Shown: piece by piece, positions 15,096-24,233 of the stretch
Numbering within the stretch: position 1 is the first letter of the stretch
Layout of the letters: each line of letters begins with the position of its first letter
From: an archaeon
Lineage (GTDB): Archaea > Iainarchaeota > Iainarchaeia > Iainarchaeales > GCA-2688035
NCBI GenBank assembly: GCA_041645325.1
Contig: JBAZQI010000003.1
Span: 1 to 56,581 of the forward strand
Direction of reading: 5' to 3'
Length of the DNA stretch: 56,581 nucleotides
Translations under genes and position numbers: made by a program
Notes under the pieces: model-generated
Databases searched by the model: none
What the model saw: only the letters and a program-made list of their open reading frames with translations
What the model was told of the DNA's origin: nothing

Positions 15096-16796
15096 TTATC
15101 TTCCTTTTTGGCTCTTTTCCAGGTAGTCAAGGAACTCGCTTACCCTGTGCACTTCCAGAAGGTTTGTTTTCTTGACGCCGCTGTTGAAAACAGAGCCTGT
15201 AATCACAACCACTGACCTTTTTCCGATATATCCCTTCTGCATTGCCTTGAGTATTGCCTCTTTTTTATGTTCATTGGAGATATCATCAAGGCCTTTGCTT
15301 ATCAAAAGCGGGCAAACACCCCAAAGGATGTTAAGCTGCCTGAAAATTTTCTCGTTGGAAGTTGCGGCAATTATTTTTGGCAAAGGCATGTGGCTTGCAA
15401 TCATTCTTGCAGAGTATCCCCCGGATGTTAGGACAATGGTGGCATCAATCTCAAGCATTTTCTCCAGCTCGTAAATCGCTTTACCAATGGCATTGGTCAG
15501 ATTAACATCCCTCAAAGAGCCGTTCTCAATGGGCTTGATGTCGCCCTCCATTGCCTTGATTACTTTTGACATTGTTTCAACCGCTTCCAGCGGATATCTT
15601 CCAATTGCCGTTTCAGCCGAAAGCATTAGGCAGGAAGCGCCGTCCAAGACAGCGTTTGCAATGTCAGAAATTTCCGCCTTTGAAGCCTGATTGCTTTCAA
15701 TCATTGATTCGAGCATGTGGGTAGCGATTATCACCGGCTTTCCAACCCTATTGCATTCAAGAACGATTTTTTTCTGCATTTTTGGAACAAGCTCATAGGC
15801 TGTTTCGCTGCCCAAGTCGCCCCTGTCAATCATTATGCCATAAGCTTCCTTTATTATTTCCTTGTAGTTTGCTATTGCTTCTTTTGTTTCAATCTTTGCA
15901 ATAACTTTTGTCTTTGCGCTTATCACTTGGTTCAGGTTGCCATAGCCAAGCACCTCGTTCAAGGATTTAACATCCTCGGCTGTCCTGACAAAAGAATAGC
16001 CAACGAATTCCAAGTCGTTTTTTGCAGCAAACTCAGCCCACTTTCTGTCAACAGCTGAAATGCCACCATGCCCGAACTTTGTATCCGGGCAGTTGACGCC
16101 CTTGTTTTTTGCAATTGTGCCCTTTCCCGCAGACCTGCAAACAATTTCATTTTGGGAAACCTTTTCCGCAACAAGGCACAGCTTTCCGTCATCAATGAAG
16201 ATCTTGTCCCCTTTTTTGACAGAAGCAAAGAACTGCTCGTTTGGCAGGGGAATTCCTTTGCCTGGGCTTTCGGCGCTTTTCACAAATACGACTTTTTGCC
16301 CTTTTGCTACGTTGACTGGCGCCTCAATGGCAGTAAGCCTGATTTTTGGGCCTGGAATGTCCAAAAGAATCGGAACCTCCTTTGAAACAGACCTTATCAG
16401 GTTAACGAGCTTTAGTGCTGAGTCCTCAGTGCAGTGGGAAGCATTAAGCCGTGCGGCATCCATTCCTTTCTCAATAAGTCTTGCAATGGTTTTCCTGTCA
16501 GCCGAAGCCGGCCCGATTGTGCACAGTATCTTGGTTTTTTTGAAGCTTGAATCGGCAATTGTTTTCTCAAGTTCAGCCAGGGCAGAAAGCGCTTTGGGGC
16601 TGTTTTTAAAACAGTAAAGCAACTGGTTTTCATGGCTGGCTGATCCGACCAGCTTTTGCTTTTCAAATTCCTTCAGTATCTTGAAGGCGCTGCCCACGCT
16701 TATGCCAAGAAGCCTTGCTATCTGGTTGACGTTAAAGCTCTTGTCTGCGTTTTCAGAAAGGAGTTCAAGAACCCTAAAAGCATTTCTCCCGGCCAT
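15096..16796 (-). CDS. pyk: Pyruvate kinase with an extra ~85-aa N-terminal winged-helix-turn-helix domain
   Basis: Residues 1-~60 (AFRVLELLSENADKSFNVNQIARLLGISVGSAFKILKEFEKQKLV) look like a MarR/TrmB/IclR-type wHTH. PK motifs follow: TKILCTIGPAS, RLNASHC, DIPGPKIR, AKIETKEA, MIDRGDLGSE, THMLESM and LMLSAETAIGRYP. The stop lies 3 nt from the sat start. Confidence 0.88.
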   Translation of the reverse strand: MAGRNAFRVLELLSENADKSFNVNQIARLLGISVGSAFKILKEFEKQKLVGSASHENQLLYCFKNSPKALSALAELEKTIADSSFKKTKILCTIGPASADRKTIARLIEKGMDAARLNASHCTEDSALKLVNLIRSVSKEVPILLDIPGPKIRLTAIEAPVNVAKGQKVVFVKSAESPGKGIPLPNEQFFASVKKGDKIFIDDGKLCLVAEKVSQNEIVCRSAGKGTIAKNKGVNCPDTKFGHGGISAVDRKWAEFAAKNDLEFVGYSFVRTAEDVKSLNEVLGYGNLNQVISAKTKVIAKIETKEAIANYKEIIKEAYGIMIDRGDLGSETAYELVPKMQKKIVLECNRVGKPVIIATHMLESMIESNQASKAEISDIANAVLDGASCLMLSAETAIGRYPLEAVETMSKVIKAMEGDIKPIENGSLRDVNLTNAIGKAIYELEKMLEIDATIVLTSGGYSARMIASHMPLPKIIAATSNEKIFRQLNILWGVCPLLISKGLDDISNEHKKEAILKAMQKGYIGKRSVVVITGSVFNSGVKKTNLLEVHRVSEFLDYLEKSQKGR

Positions 16797-16810
16797 CTTT
16801 TCACCAAAAA

Positions 16811-16842
16811 AGTGAATAATATTTTAACAATAGTGAATAATA
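16811..16842. promoter_or_regulatory. Phased direct repeat AGTGAATAATA-N10-AGTGAATAATA over the HTH-pyk promoter; candidate operator
   Basis: There are two identical 11-mers, 21 nt start to start, lying ~15-45 nt upstream of the pyk ATG and interleaved with AT-rich TATA-like sequence and a GGTGA SD. Confidence 0.35.
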
Positions 16843-16952
16843 CTGGTGTGGTTGTATTTAAAAAGGTTTTCAGCAAGCGGCTGGCATGCTGAACAAATGA
16901 ATAATTAACACGCGGCTTGACTGCTTTTCTGCTTCAAGCACATGCCGCCATT

Positions 16953-17678
16953 TCATGCCTTGTTTTTTTCCGCTAGTTTTTTTGTGAGCGCGTAGAAGTC
17001 GAAAACCATTTTTATCCACACTCCGGTCCAAACAACTGTGAATATTAATAGCAGGGGGAATATTTGGTTTGTCAGGGCACCTACAGTAATCAGCGCCATG
17101 CTCAGGCCCCTGTTCCCTATTCTTCTTTTGCTGCTGATGCCAACCGTTGGCTTCAGGTCGCTTTTTTCCACATATCTTGCCCTTGTTGAAACCATATATG
17201 AAACCATTGCAAAGCTTATGACTGCCGGAATCCCTGCAATCAGAAAAGCAGCGTCATTCAGCAAGAAGTATTGGCCTATTGCTGCGGCTCCCATAAAGGC
17301 GGCGGTTGAATAAAAGTCAACCGTTGGATCAAGCCATGCCCCAAATGGGCTTCCTGTTTTGTTGATTCTTGCTATTTCGCCGTCAACGCAGTCAAGGATG
17401 AATGAAACCTGCAGCAGCAGCACGCCTGCGACAAGGTAAGGGTATTGCCCAAAAAGGAACAGCCCTGCGCCCACTAAGGCAACAGCAAATGCAGCAAGCG
17501 TGATTTGCCATGGGAGAATGCCTTTTTTGTAAAGTCGCATTGTTATTCTTGTGCTGAGCTTTCTGTAATTTCCCATTATGATGCAGTCGCTTTCCTTAAA
17601 GCAAACCGCCTGCAGTTCTTTTAATGAAAGTTCGTTGGCCTTGCTTTTCATTTCCTTTCCATTGTTTTTCCGCGCCAT
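16953..17678 (-). CDS. CDP-alcohol phosphatidyltransferase family membrane protein
   Basis: LDCVDGEIARINKTGSPFGAWLDPTVD fits D-x2-D-G-x2-A-R...G-x3-D-x3-D. Multiple TM helices are present. Confidence 0.8.
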   Translation of the reverse strand: MARKNNGKEMKSKANELSLKELQAVCFKESDCIIMGNYRKLSTRITMRLYKKGILPWQITLAAFAVALVGAGLFLFGQYPYLVAGVLLLQVSFILDCVDGEIARINKTGSPFGAWLDPTVDFYSTAAFMGAAAIGQYFLLNDAAFLIAGIPAVISFAMVSYMVSTRARYVEKSDLKPTVGISSKRRIGNRGLSMALITVGALTNQIFPLLLIFTVVWTGVWIKMVFDFYALTKKLAEKNKA

Positions 17679-17772
17679 AATAATCTTTCTTTTTTTAAGC
17701 CACTTTTAAGTTTGCCTTCACGCTTTTCAGCGCCCGACAATGTTCGTTCCGCCTGCAGAAGAAATCTTATAA

Positions 17773-19137
17773 TCAAATGATATTAATATATGCGTTATTG
17801 CTTTGTTCCCCTTTGTACTGCTTTTTTTTGAACATTTCCAATGCCTTGCCAATTGATTTTTTTAGCGTAAATTTGATTCCCGCACGGCCAATCTTGCCAT
17901 GCCCGGGTTCAAAATTATTATTTGCCTTTTTCATTTCAATTTCTTTAATTGAATAACTTGCCTCTTCCATACCTGCAATTGCTTCCTTTCCTTTAAACAA
18001 AATTCTGACGGAGAAATCTTTGTTCTTATTGCCTGTTTTAATGAAAACTTTTTCGCCGTCAAAGAATGCGTCAAAATCAGTTTTTTCCCTTTTAAGCCAC
18101 CATTGTGAAAACTCTTCCACGTTGGTCATCCAAACATTGCATTTTTCCGCGTATTCGAACATTTGCGAAACAACCCGGGGAAAGCGGGCAATTGCTTTGA
18201 ATGGATGCCCATAAAAGAAACAAGGAACGTTATTGCCCAGGTTTCTGTCAAAAGCCGCCTTGAAATAATCCAACATTTGCTTTTCGTTGAAATCCCTTGT
18301 CTTCAGTATTTCAATGCAGATTGGGTGGATGCCAATAAGCAATGTCTTTCCCTTCAGGTGAAATGGAAGGCAGTCATATCCCGCCCCAAATCCAACAGCA
18401 TATTCATAACCGCAGGAAACAAGTGCTGATATCATGTGTTCATTCAACAGGCCGTTTGGAGCGCAGAATCCCTTTGGCCGCAGGCCATTTGCCTTAAAGA
18501 ATCTGTCGGAAGCAATTACGTTTTCATAATCTTTTTCGGAACCAAAGAACTCATGCCTGAAATTGTGGTTGCCCACAATTTCATCGCTGAGCAGGCTTAA
18601 TATGGTTTTATCCGCTTTAATTGCTTCGCAATTGACAAACCAAACTGCCCTTTTGTGCTTTAAAACATCAATGGCTTTTTTGGTATCCGGCCGGCAGTCA
18701 AAATCAACATCAACATGGAAGCCGAATGCACTGCCGAACTTTTTGGGATAAAACCATTTATGGACAAAGGGCAATCCCCTGCTTTCAAATTTTTCCGTTA
18801 ATAGCCTGATAAAATCAAATGTATTTTTGCCTTTATGGCAGAAAGAAACAACTTCCGGAACACCGGTTTTTCCTCCGATAAAACCTTTTTCAATGGCCTT
18901 GTAATCGTGCAAATTGCCGGCATTGCAATCATGCAAAACCGAACCGCCTCCGGCAGCAAACTTTTCAATAAGCTTGTTTTCCTGTGGGGCAAGTTCTCTT
19001 GCAATAACCATGACGGAAAAATCTTCCAAGGAGAATGGCTTGTTGAAATCAACAATTTTATACGGCGAACCTATTTGTTCCAGCAGTTCCTGGGCTTCGG
19101 TTCCTTTCCCAACCAATCCGATGCACAACGGCTTCAT
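17773..19137 (-). CDS. Polysaccharide-deacetylase-like (NodB-fold?) protein with an uncharacterised N-terminal domain
   Basis: AFGFHVDVDFD...VGNHNFRH...FCAPNG resembles the metal-binding motifs of CE4-like deacetylases. I prefer the ATG at 19137 (MKPLCIGLVGKG), which leaves a 26-nt gap to the upstream gene. The track start at 19245 would overlap that gene by 82 nt. Confidence 0.55.
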   Translation of the reverse strand: MKPLCIGLVGKGTEAQELLEQIGSPYKIVDFNKPFSLEDFSVMVIARELAPQENKLIEKFAAGGGSVLHDCNAGNLHDYKAIEKGFIGGKTGVPEVVSFCHKGKNTFDFIRLLTEKFESRGLPFVHKWFYPKKFGSAFGFHVDVDFDCRPDTKKAIDVLKHKRAVWFVNCEAIKADKTILSLLSDEIVGNHNFRHEFFGSEKDYENVIASDRFFKANGLRPKGFCAPNGLLNEHMISALVSCGYEYAVGFGAGYDCLPFHLKGKTLLIGIHPICIEILKTRDFNEKQMLDYFKAAFDRNLGNNVPCFFYGHPFKAIARFPRVVSQMFEYAEKCNVWMTNVEEFSQWWLKREKTDFDAFFDGEKVFIKTGNKNKDFSVRILFKGKEAIAGMEEASYSIKEIEMKKANNNFEPGHGKIGRAGIKFTLKKSIGKALEMFKKKQYKGEQSNNAYINII

Positions 19138-19163
19138 ATAATTATCCTTCAAACAAACTTTTT

Positions 19164-20072
19164 CTATCCAGCCTTTTTTTGCTCTTGCTCTTCCTTGCTG
19201 ATTGCATAAATAGTTTCTCCCTTTTCCGCCAGGCTTCGCAGGCACCTGAAGACCCCGTTAACTGGCAAGGAACAGCAATATCCCCTGCCAATAAATGTTT
19301 CGCTTATTATCCCCTCTTCCCTGAAATGATTCTTTATCCTCTTTATTATTGCCGGATTTTTGTCAATGCAATAATTGTGGAATTCCGGGTCGTGCGCTTT
19401 TGTTTCAATCTCGCGTGTTTTTCCCTGGTTGTCAATGCTTTTGACGCTGTAAGCCTTTGGCAAGTAAATCGGCAAAGGAAACTCTTTCATTGAGTCTTCC
19501 ACGGCGTGATAGAAACTTATTGTATCAATATCAACGCCGAGGCAGACAATCTTTGCATCCAAAGACAACAGCTTGTAAAACGGGCTGTGCTCATCGAAAG
19601 GGGTTTTTGATTCCAACGTATCTTTTATAAGGTACTTGGCGTGCTTTCCGCATACCGCAACAGAATGTGTGGGATGCAGGCTCCTTTCAACGCCGTCAAA
19701 TTTTCTAAAACATTCTGTTATTGTGCCGACAACCGATTTACTTTTTTCTGCGTCAAAAGGCTGTATATCGTGCAGGTTAAATCCATGGAAGGTCGGCATC
19801 AAAACCGTGCCTTCTTCACCAACCTGTTCAAGAATGGATTCTATTACGGTTTTTGCCCCGCCTTCAACAAAGCCGAAAGAACTCAATGAACTGTGGACTT
19901 CAACAGCATCCCCTTTTTTTATTCCGAGTTCTTCAAGGCCTTTCAGGAACATTTCTTTGGTAACTATCTTTTTTGTAAGGTAATTGCCGTAAGCTTTTAG
20001 CCTTTTGGGCAGCCGCATTATTTTTTTTCCAATGGGCTTTGCCTGGCGCGGTATAAGCTTTTTAATATTCAT
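19164..20072 (-). CDS. AAC(3)-family (aminoglycoside 3-N-acetyltransferase fold) acyltransferase
   Basis: KGDAVEVHSSLSSFGFVEGGAKTVIESILEQVGEEGTVLMPTF matches the HSS-x-S-x-G...GG...G-x-GT-x-x-MPT pattern of Antibiotic_NAT proteins. The start is uncertain (20099, 20072 or 20018). Confidence 0.72.
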   Translation of the reverse strand: MNIKKLIPRQAKPIGKKIMRLPKRLKAYGNYLTKKIVTKEMFLKGLEELGIKKGDAVEVHSSLSSFGFVEGGAKTVIESILEQVGEEGTVLMPTFHGFNLHDIQPFDAEKSKSVVGTITECFRKFDGVERSLHPTHSVAVCGKHAKYLIKDTLESKTPFDEHSPFYKLLSLDAKIVCLGVDIDTISFYHAVEDSMKEFPLPIYLPKAYSVKSIDNQGKTREIETKAHDPEFHNYCIDKNPAIIKRIKNHFREEGIISETFIGRGYCCSLPVNGVFRCLRSLAEKGETIYAISKEEQEQKKAG

Positions 20073-20832
20073 AAAATCCGCGCCCTGTTTTTCTTCCAAG
20101 CTTTTTTTCCTTTACAAGCTTACTGATAACATTCGGCGGCTTAAATTTCTTGTCATTGGTCTGCTTGTACAAGCTAACCATGATATCGTATACTGTATCC
20201 AATCCAATTAAATCCATTAAAGCAAAAGGGCCCAAAGGATGGTTAAGGCCGCACTTAACGGCCAAATCCATGTCAAAGCAACTTATCTTTTTTTCTTCGG
20301 ACATGTTTATTGAGTCAACCAAGAAAGGGAAAAGCAGGGCATTGACAATAAACCCTGGCGAATCATTCAGCACCACTGTTTTCTTGCCTGCTGTTTCAAC
20401 AATGCCTTTTGCAAAAGATACTGTTTCAGCGCCTGTTTCCTTTCCTTTGACTATCTCAACAAGCGGCATCTTGTGGGCCGGGTTGAAAAAATGCACTCCA
20501 AGAAAATTCTTTTTATTTGAAACAAAGCCTGAAAGCAGGTCTATTGACATTGAAGAAGTATTTGAGGCTACAATGGCATCAGCTTTGCCGTACTTTGATA
20601 TGCTTTCCAAGGCTTTTTTCTTTGCATTAACCTCTTCAAAAACAGTTTCTATAATAAAATCGCATTCAGCCAATCTGCCAAAGTCCATAGTAAAAGCAAT
20701 TCCGTTTTCTATTTCATCGCTCTTGTCTACGCAATCCACCAACAGAACATTAAAATTATTGCCAGCAAACAGTTTTGCTATGCTTTTGCCCATGGTTCCT
20801 GCGCCAACAATGCCAATATTCCTATTATCCAT
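20062..20832 (-). CDS. hbd: 3-hydroxyacyl-CoA (3-hydroxybutyryl-CoA) dehydrogenase
   Basis: IGIVGAGTMGKSIA, FFNPAHKMPLVEIV, NDSPGFIVNALLFPF and HPLGPFALMDLIGLD form the canonical 3HCDH N- and C-terminal domain motifs. Confidence 0.88.
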   Translation of the reverse strand: MDNRNIGIVGAGTMGKSIAKLFAGNNFNVLLVDCVDKSDEIENGIAFTMDFGRLAECDFIIETVFEEVNAKKKALESISKYGKADAIVASNTSSMSIDLLSGFVSNKKNFLGVHFFNPAHKMPLVEIVKGKETGAETVSFAKGIVETAGKKTVVLNDSPGFIVNALLFPFLVDSINMSEEKKISCFDMDLAVKCGLNHPLGPFALMDLIGLDTVYDIMVSLYKQTNDKKFKPPNVISKLVKEKKLGRKTGRGFYEY

Positions 20833-20988
20833 TTTTCCGCCCGGCTTTTCACTATAGTTTTAATTCGAAGTAATGCATAAAAACCTTGTTTTGCGGCCCG
20901 ATTGCTTTTGTTCTATTTTTGTACTATAATTTTTTTTTTAAACCATTTGCCGTTGATTTAGAATCGGATGCCTGAAAAAACCGGGAAA

Positions 20989-21009
20989 GGCAGTTTTTTT
21001 CTTGCTGCC
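20989..21009 (-). terminator. Hairpin plus T-run downstream of the methyltransferase gene
   Basis: The minus strand reads GGCAG-CAAGAAAAAAA-CTGCC followed by TTTCCCGGTTTTTT. Confidence 0.4.
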
Positions 21010-21021
21010 TCAAACGGCTTT

Positions 21022-21687
21022 TCACTTGTTGATACGCGCAGTCTTAGGCTTTAAAATAAATAAATGGGACGAAAAAAGGGGCTTATACTCTATAATATCA
21101 AAATCTTCAACCAACTCAAATGCTTTCTTTTTAGAAAACTCAACATGGGTCTGCCTTCCAATAGTCTGCCTATGCTTCCACAATCCGGCCTTCTCGGAAA
21201 AATGGACAATCCTCCAAAACAAAGAATCTGAATTCGGAACAGTCAAAACAATCCTGCCATCGGGCTTCAGATACTTGGCGGCATTCAGCAGGCCTTCCCT
21301 CGGGTCGGAGAGGTGCTCAAAGACCTCCACGGAAAGGATAAAATCAAAACTTTCTTTTGGATAAGGCAAAACATCCAAAGCTGACAAGACCTTTGAATCT
21401 ATTTTCACGCCGTACCCTGAAGAAAACCGCTCCAGCTCCTTGATGTAATCGGGATTGATGTCAAAAGCCGAAACAATGCCTCCGGCCAAAGCCATGCCGA
21501 CGCTCATTGCTCCCTGGCCGCAGCCGACATCCAAACAATGGTCTCCTTTCTTAATGTCAATGTGCCGCCAGACCTCTTCGGTGCGCTTGTTCATTTCAAA
21601 CTTGCTTAAAAAACTATACTTCTTCGTAGCTCTTTCACGATTGTCGCAACTGTGTTTCCAAATAGGCCTTATATCAACACCGTTCAT
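21022..21687 (-). CDS. Class I SAM-dependent methyltransferase
   Basis: Motif I is HCLDVGCGQGAMS, followed by VSAFDINP. AAGGAG lies 8 nt upstream of the ATG. Confidence 0.8.
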   Translation of the reverse strand: MNGVDIRPIWKHSCDNRERATKKYSFLSKFEMNKRTEEVWRHIDIKKGDHCLDVGCGQGAMSVGMALAGGIVSAFDINPDYIKELERFSSGYGVKIDSKVLSALDVLPYPKESFDFILSVEVFEHLSDPREGLLNAAKYLKPDGRIVLTVPNSDSLFWRIVHFSEKAGLWKHRQTIGRQTHVEFSKKKAFELVEDFDIIEYKPLFSSHLFILKPKTARINK

Positions 21688-21815
21688 TTAAACAACTCCT
21701 TTTTTCCCCATCCTTTTTTCCCGGCAGCATTAGTTCGTCTGCCGTTCCAAGATGTTTGCCTCACCGTTGTGCAGAACTAATATCGTGCCTACAATTCTTG
21801 CATTTCATCTTTTCA

Positions 21816-22505
21816 TCAACCTATTTTTTTGATTGCAATTAAATTAATAAAATTGCCCTTTCTGTTGAAAACACAAAAGTAATCATCGCCAATTAGCTTG
21901 ATAAGGTCTTTCTCTGAATACCTTACAGCCCTCTTAATGTAAATGTGTTCAAGCCTCTGAGCAGCAACTCTATCCGAATAACCCACGGCTCTTAGCAAAG
22001 CAAGATTAACTTTAAATGGTATAAATCTAAGAAAACGCCGCAATAAAACTTCAGCCAAACTAAAAAACACCCCCCTCTTGCCATAAACCCCGATATAAAG
22101 CATTTTACTTGCAACCCGCTTTAACTCAGGCAAGGTTTTGGAATCATCAACATGATGCAAAACGCCTGCGCAAACAACCGCATCAAATTCTCGGTCCTTG
22201 AAACTAAGTGGTTCTTCAAGGTTTGCTTTGTAAATAATGGTTGATTTTAACAAGCCATCTTTTTTAGTGGCACAAATGCTTTCGATGAACAAGTCAATAG
22301 CAGTTACATTAAATCCTGCTTCTTCCAAAACTATTGCGCCAGCCCCCCATCCACAACCAGCATCAAGCACTTTCTTAACGCCGTACTTTTTAGCAAAAAA
22401 AAGAAAGTCTTGCAAATACCTTTCCTTCATCATTGCAACTAAGTTCACTTTATCTTGTGGCTTATATAATCGCCATTTTTTAGAAAATAATTCTTCATTC
22501 TTCAT
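21816..22505 (-). CDS. Class I SAM-dependent methyltransferase
   Basis: VLDAGCGWGAGAIVLEEAGFNVTAIDL (motifs I/II) and FDAVVCAGVLHHV are present. Confidence 0.8.
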   Translation of the reverse strand: MKNEELFSKKWRLYKPQDKVNLVAMMKERYLQDFLFFAKKYGVKKVLDAGCGWGAGAIVLEEAGFNVTAIDLFIESICATKKDGLLKSTIIYKANLEEPLSFKDREFDAVVCAGVLHHVDDSKTLPELKRVASKMLYIGVYGKRGVFFSLAEVLLRRFLRFIPFKVNLALLRAVGYSDRVAAQRLEHIYIKRAVRYSEKDLIKLIGDDYFCVFNRKGNFINLIAIKKIG

Positions 22506-22532
22506 TCTTCTTCTGCCTCTTTTTTTGCTTAT

Positions 22533-24233
22533 TTATTTGCCTAAAATAAAATTTCCAATTACCAAACAATCAACTCTTTTATCTTTGAACGCATTTATTG
22601 CATCTACTGGTGAACATACAATCGGTTCTTCATGTGCATTAAAAGAAGTGTTTACAAACAGGGGCAAGCCACTGGCATCCTGATAAGCTTTTAATGTCTG
22701 ATAATAAAGTTTGTTTGATTCTTTGCAAACAACTTGCGGCCTTGCAGTTCCATCGACATGAACAACAGCCCCTGCCATTTTTTGCTTTTCTTTTGGAACA
22801 TCGAAAGTAATCGTCATAAACTTTGAAGGATACTTTGCATTTTCATAACCTGTAAAATAGTTCTTGGCTTCTTCTTCTAAAATTGAAGGGGCAAAAGGCA
22901 TAAACTCGGTTCTTGAAAGCCGCTTATTCAAACTGTCATTAATGCCCTTATCAGTCGGCTTTGCAACAATGCTTCTGTTGCCCAGGGCACGCGGGCCGTA
23001 TTCCATTCTTCCCTGGAACAAGCCGACAATCTTTCCTTCATCAATTCTGGCGGCAACCTCTGTGGGAATGTCATTGTAGTCTTTTGCGTTGAGTCCATTG
23101 TCAGTGATAGCCTGCTGGATTTCTTCATTGTTGAATTCCGGCCCAAAGTAAACGTCATTTAAGGCAAAGGGCTTGATGTTGGCTTGGTTTAGTGCTGCGC
23201 CAAGTGCAGTGCCGCCATCGCCCATATGTGGATGCACAAATATGCTTTCAACATTTGGCAAAGCCAAAAGCCTTTGGTTTAGTTTAACATTTGCAAACAC
23301 GCCTCCGGCCAAAACAACATTAGAAATGCCCGTCTTGTCAACCCAATATGAAACATACTTTGACAAAACATTTTCCAAATGAATTTGAACACTTGCAGCT
23401 AAATTCGCCTTATTAAAATTTCCAAGTTCTTTCTTAATCTTATTCAAAGCAGCATCATGTTTTGCTTTTAAATAATTAACAGTTCTGCCATTATTGTAAT
23501 TAATCCAATTCTCGAAATTTGGCAAGTATTCTGGTTTTCCAAAAGCGGCCAAACCAGTAATTTTTCCCTCATGCTTGTTTGAAGTAAAACCGCATAACTC
23601 TGTGACATAAGAGTAATATTTTCCAACACTATTGTAACTGCCTAACTCACTCAATCTTTCCATGTGACCATTTTCAGCAACAGAAATAGTTGAACACAAA
23701 GCATCGCCAGCAGCATCATAAGTGACAACTAAAGCCTTATTCAAACCGCCGGTAAAGTAAGCACAGGCGGCATGGCATTGATGATGCTCCACAAATTCAA
23801 CATCGCAATCAAAACCATGTCCCTTCAACCAAGCTTTCAACTTCTTATTGCGCTTCCAATACCATTGACCATACAAATTTTCGCCAAACTTTTGGATTCC
23901 AATGAAATAGTCTTTATTAAACAAATCTCCCAACAAAAAGGCGGCAGAACCAAGAAATTGCCTTGGCCCCATTATTACATTCATTGTCTGTACTTGCTTT
24001 AATGAAATTGGTTTTGGAAACCAGGGGGCATGCCAATTCGCAACAGCAATCAAATCAATATCCTTTGGCTCAAGTTTAGCCTGCTTCAAAACGCAATCAA
24101 TAGACTGTAGAGGAAGTCCTCGCACAAGTTTTATGCGATTAAGCCTTTCCTCATTCACAGCCGCAACAATCTTCCCATCCTTTACAACAGCAACTCCGCA
24201 ATCATGCCCATCACTCAACCCCAATACGTTCAT
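22533..24233 (-). CDS. Carbamoyltransferase, NodU/CmcH family
   Basis: MNVLGLSDGHDCGVAVVKDGKIVAAVNEERLNRIK is the ASKHA-type N-terminus typical of the family. ...HHQCHAACAY... is present, and the C-terminal YrdC-like part has NTSFNAHEEPIV. Confidence 0.9.
   Translation of the reverse strand: MNVLGLSDGHDCGVAVVKDGKIVAAVNEERLNRIKLVRGLPLQSIDCVLKQAKLEPKDIDLIAVANWHAPWFPKPISLKQVQTMNVIMGPRQFLGSAAFLLGDLFNKDYFIGIQKFGENLYGQWYWKRNKKLKAWLKGHGFDCDVEFVEHHQCHAACAYFTGGLNKALVVTYDAAGDALCSTISVAENGHMERLSELGSYNSVGKYYSYVTELCGFTSNKHEGKITGLAAFGKPEYLPNFENWINYNNGRTVNYLKAKHDAALNKIKKELGNFNKANLAASVQIHLENVLSKYVSYWVDKTGISNVVLAGGVFANVKLNQRLLALPNVESIFVHPHMGDGGTALGAALNQANIKPFALNDVYFGPEFNNEEIQQAITDNGLNAKDYNDIPTEVAARIDEGKIVGLFQGRMEYGPRALGNRSIVAKPTDKGINDSLNKRLSRTEFMPFAPSILEEEAKNYFTGYENAKYPSKFMTITFDVPKEKQKMAGAVVHVDGTARPQVVCKESNKLYYQTLKAYQDASGLPLFVNTSFNAHEEPIVCSPVDAINAFKDKRVDCLVIGNFILGK

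Noticed and set aside
19164-20099. Reading the AAC(3)-family ORF as an aminoglycoside resistance gene.
   Set aside because: Its context (overlapping hbd, flanked by glycan tailoring genes, with no mobile-element hallmarks) argues for a sugar N-acyltransferase role. A resistance call is not supportable from sequence alone.
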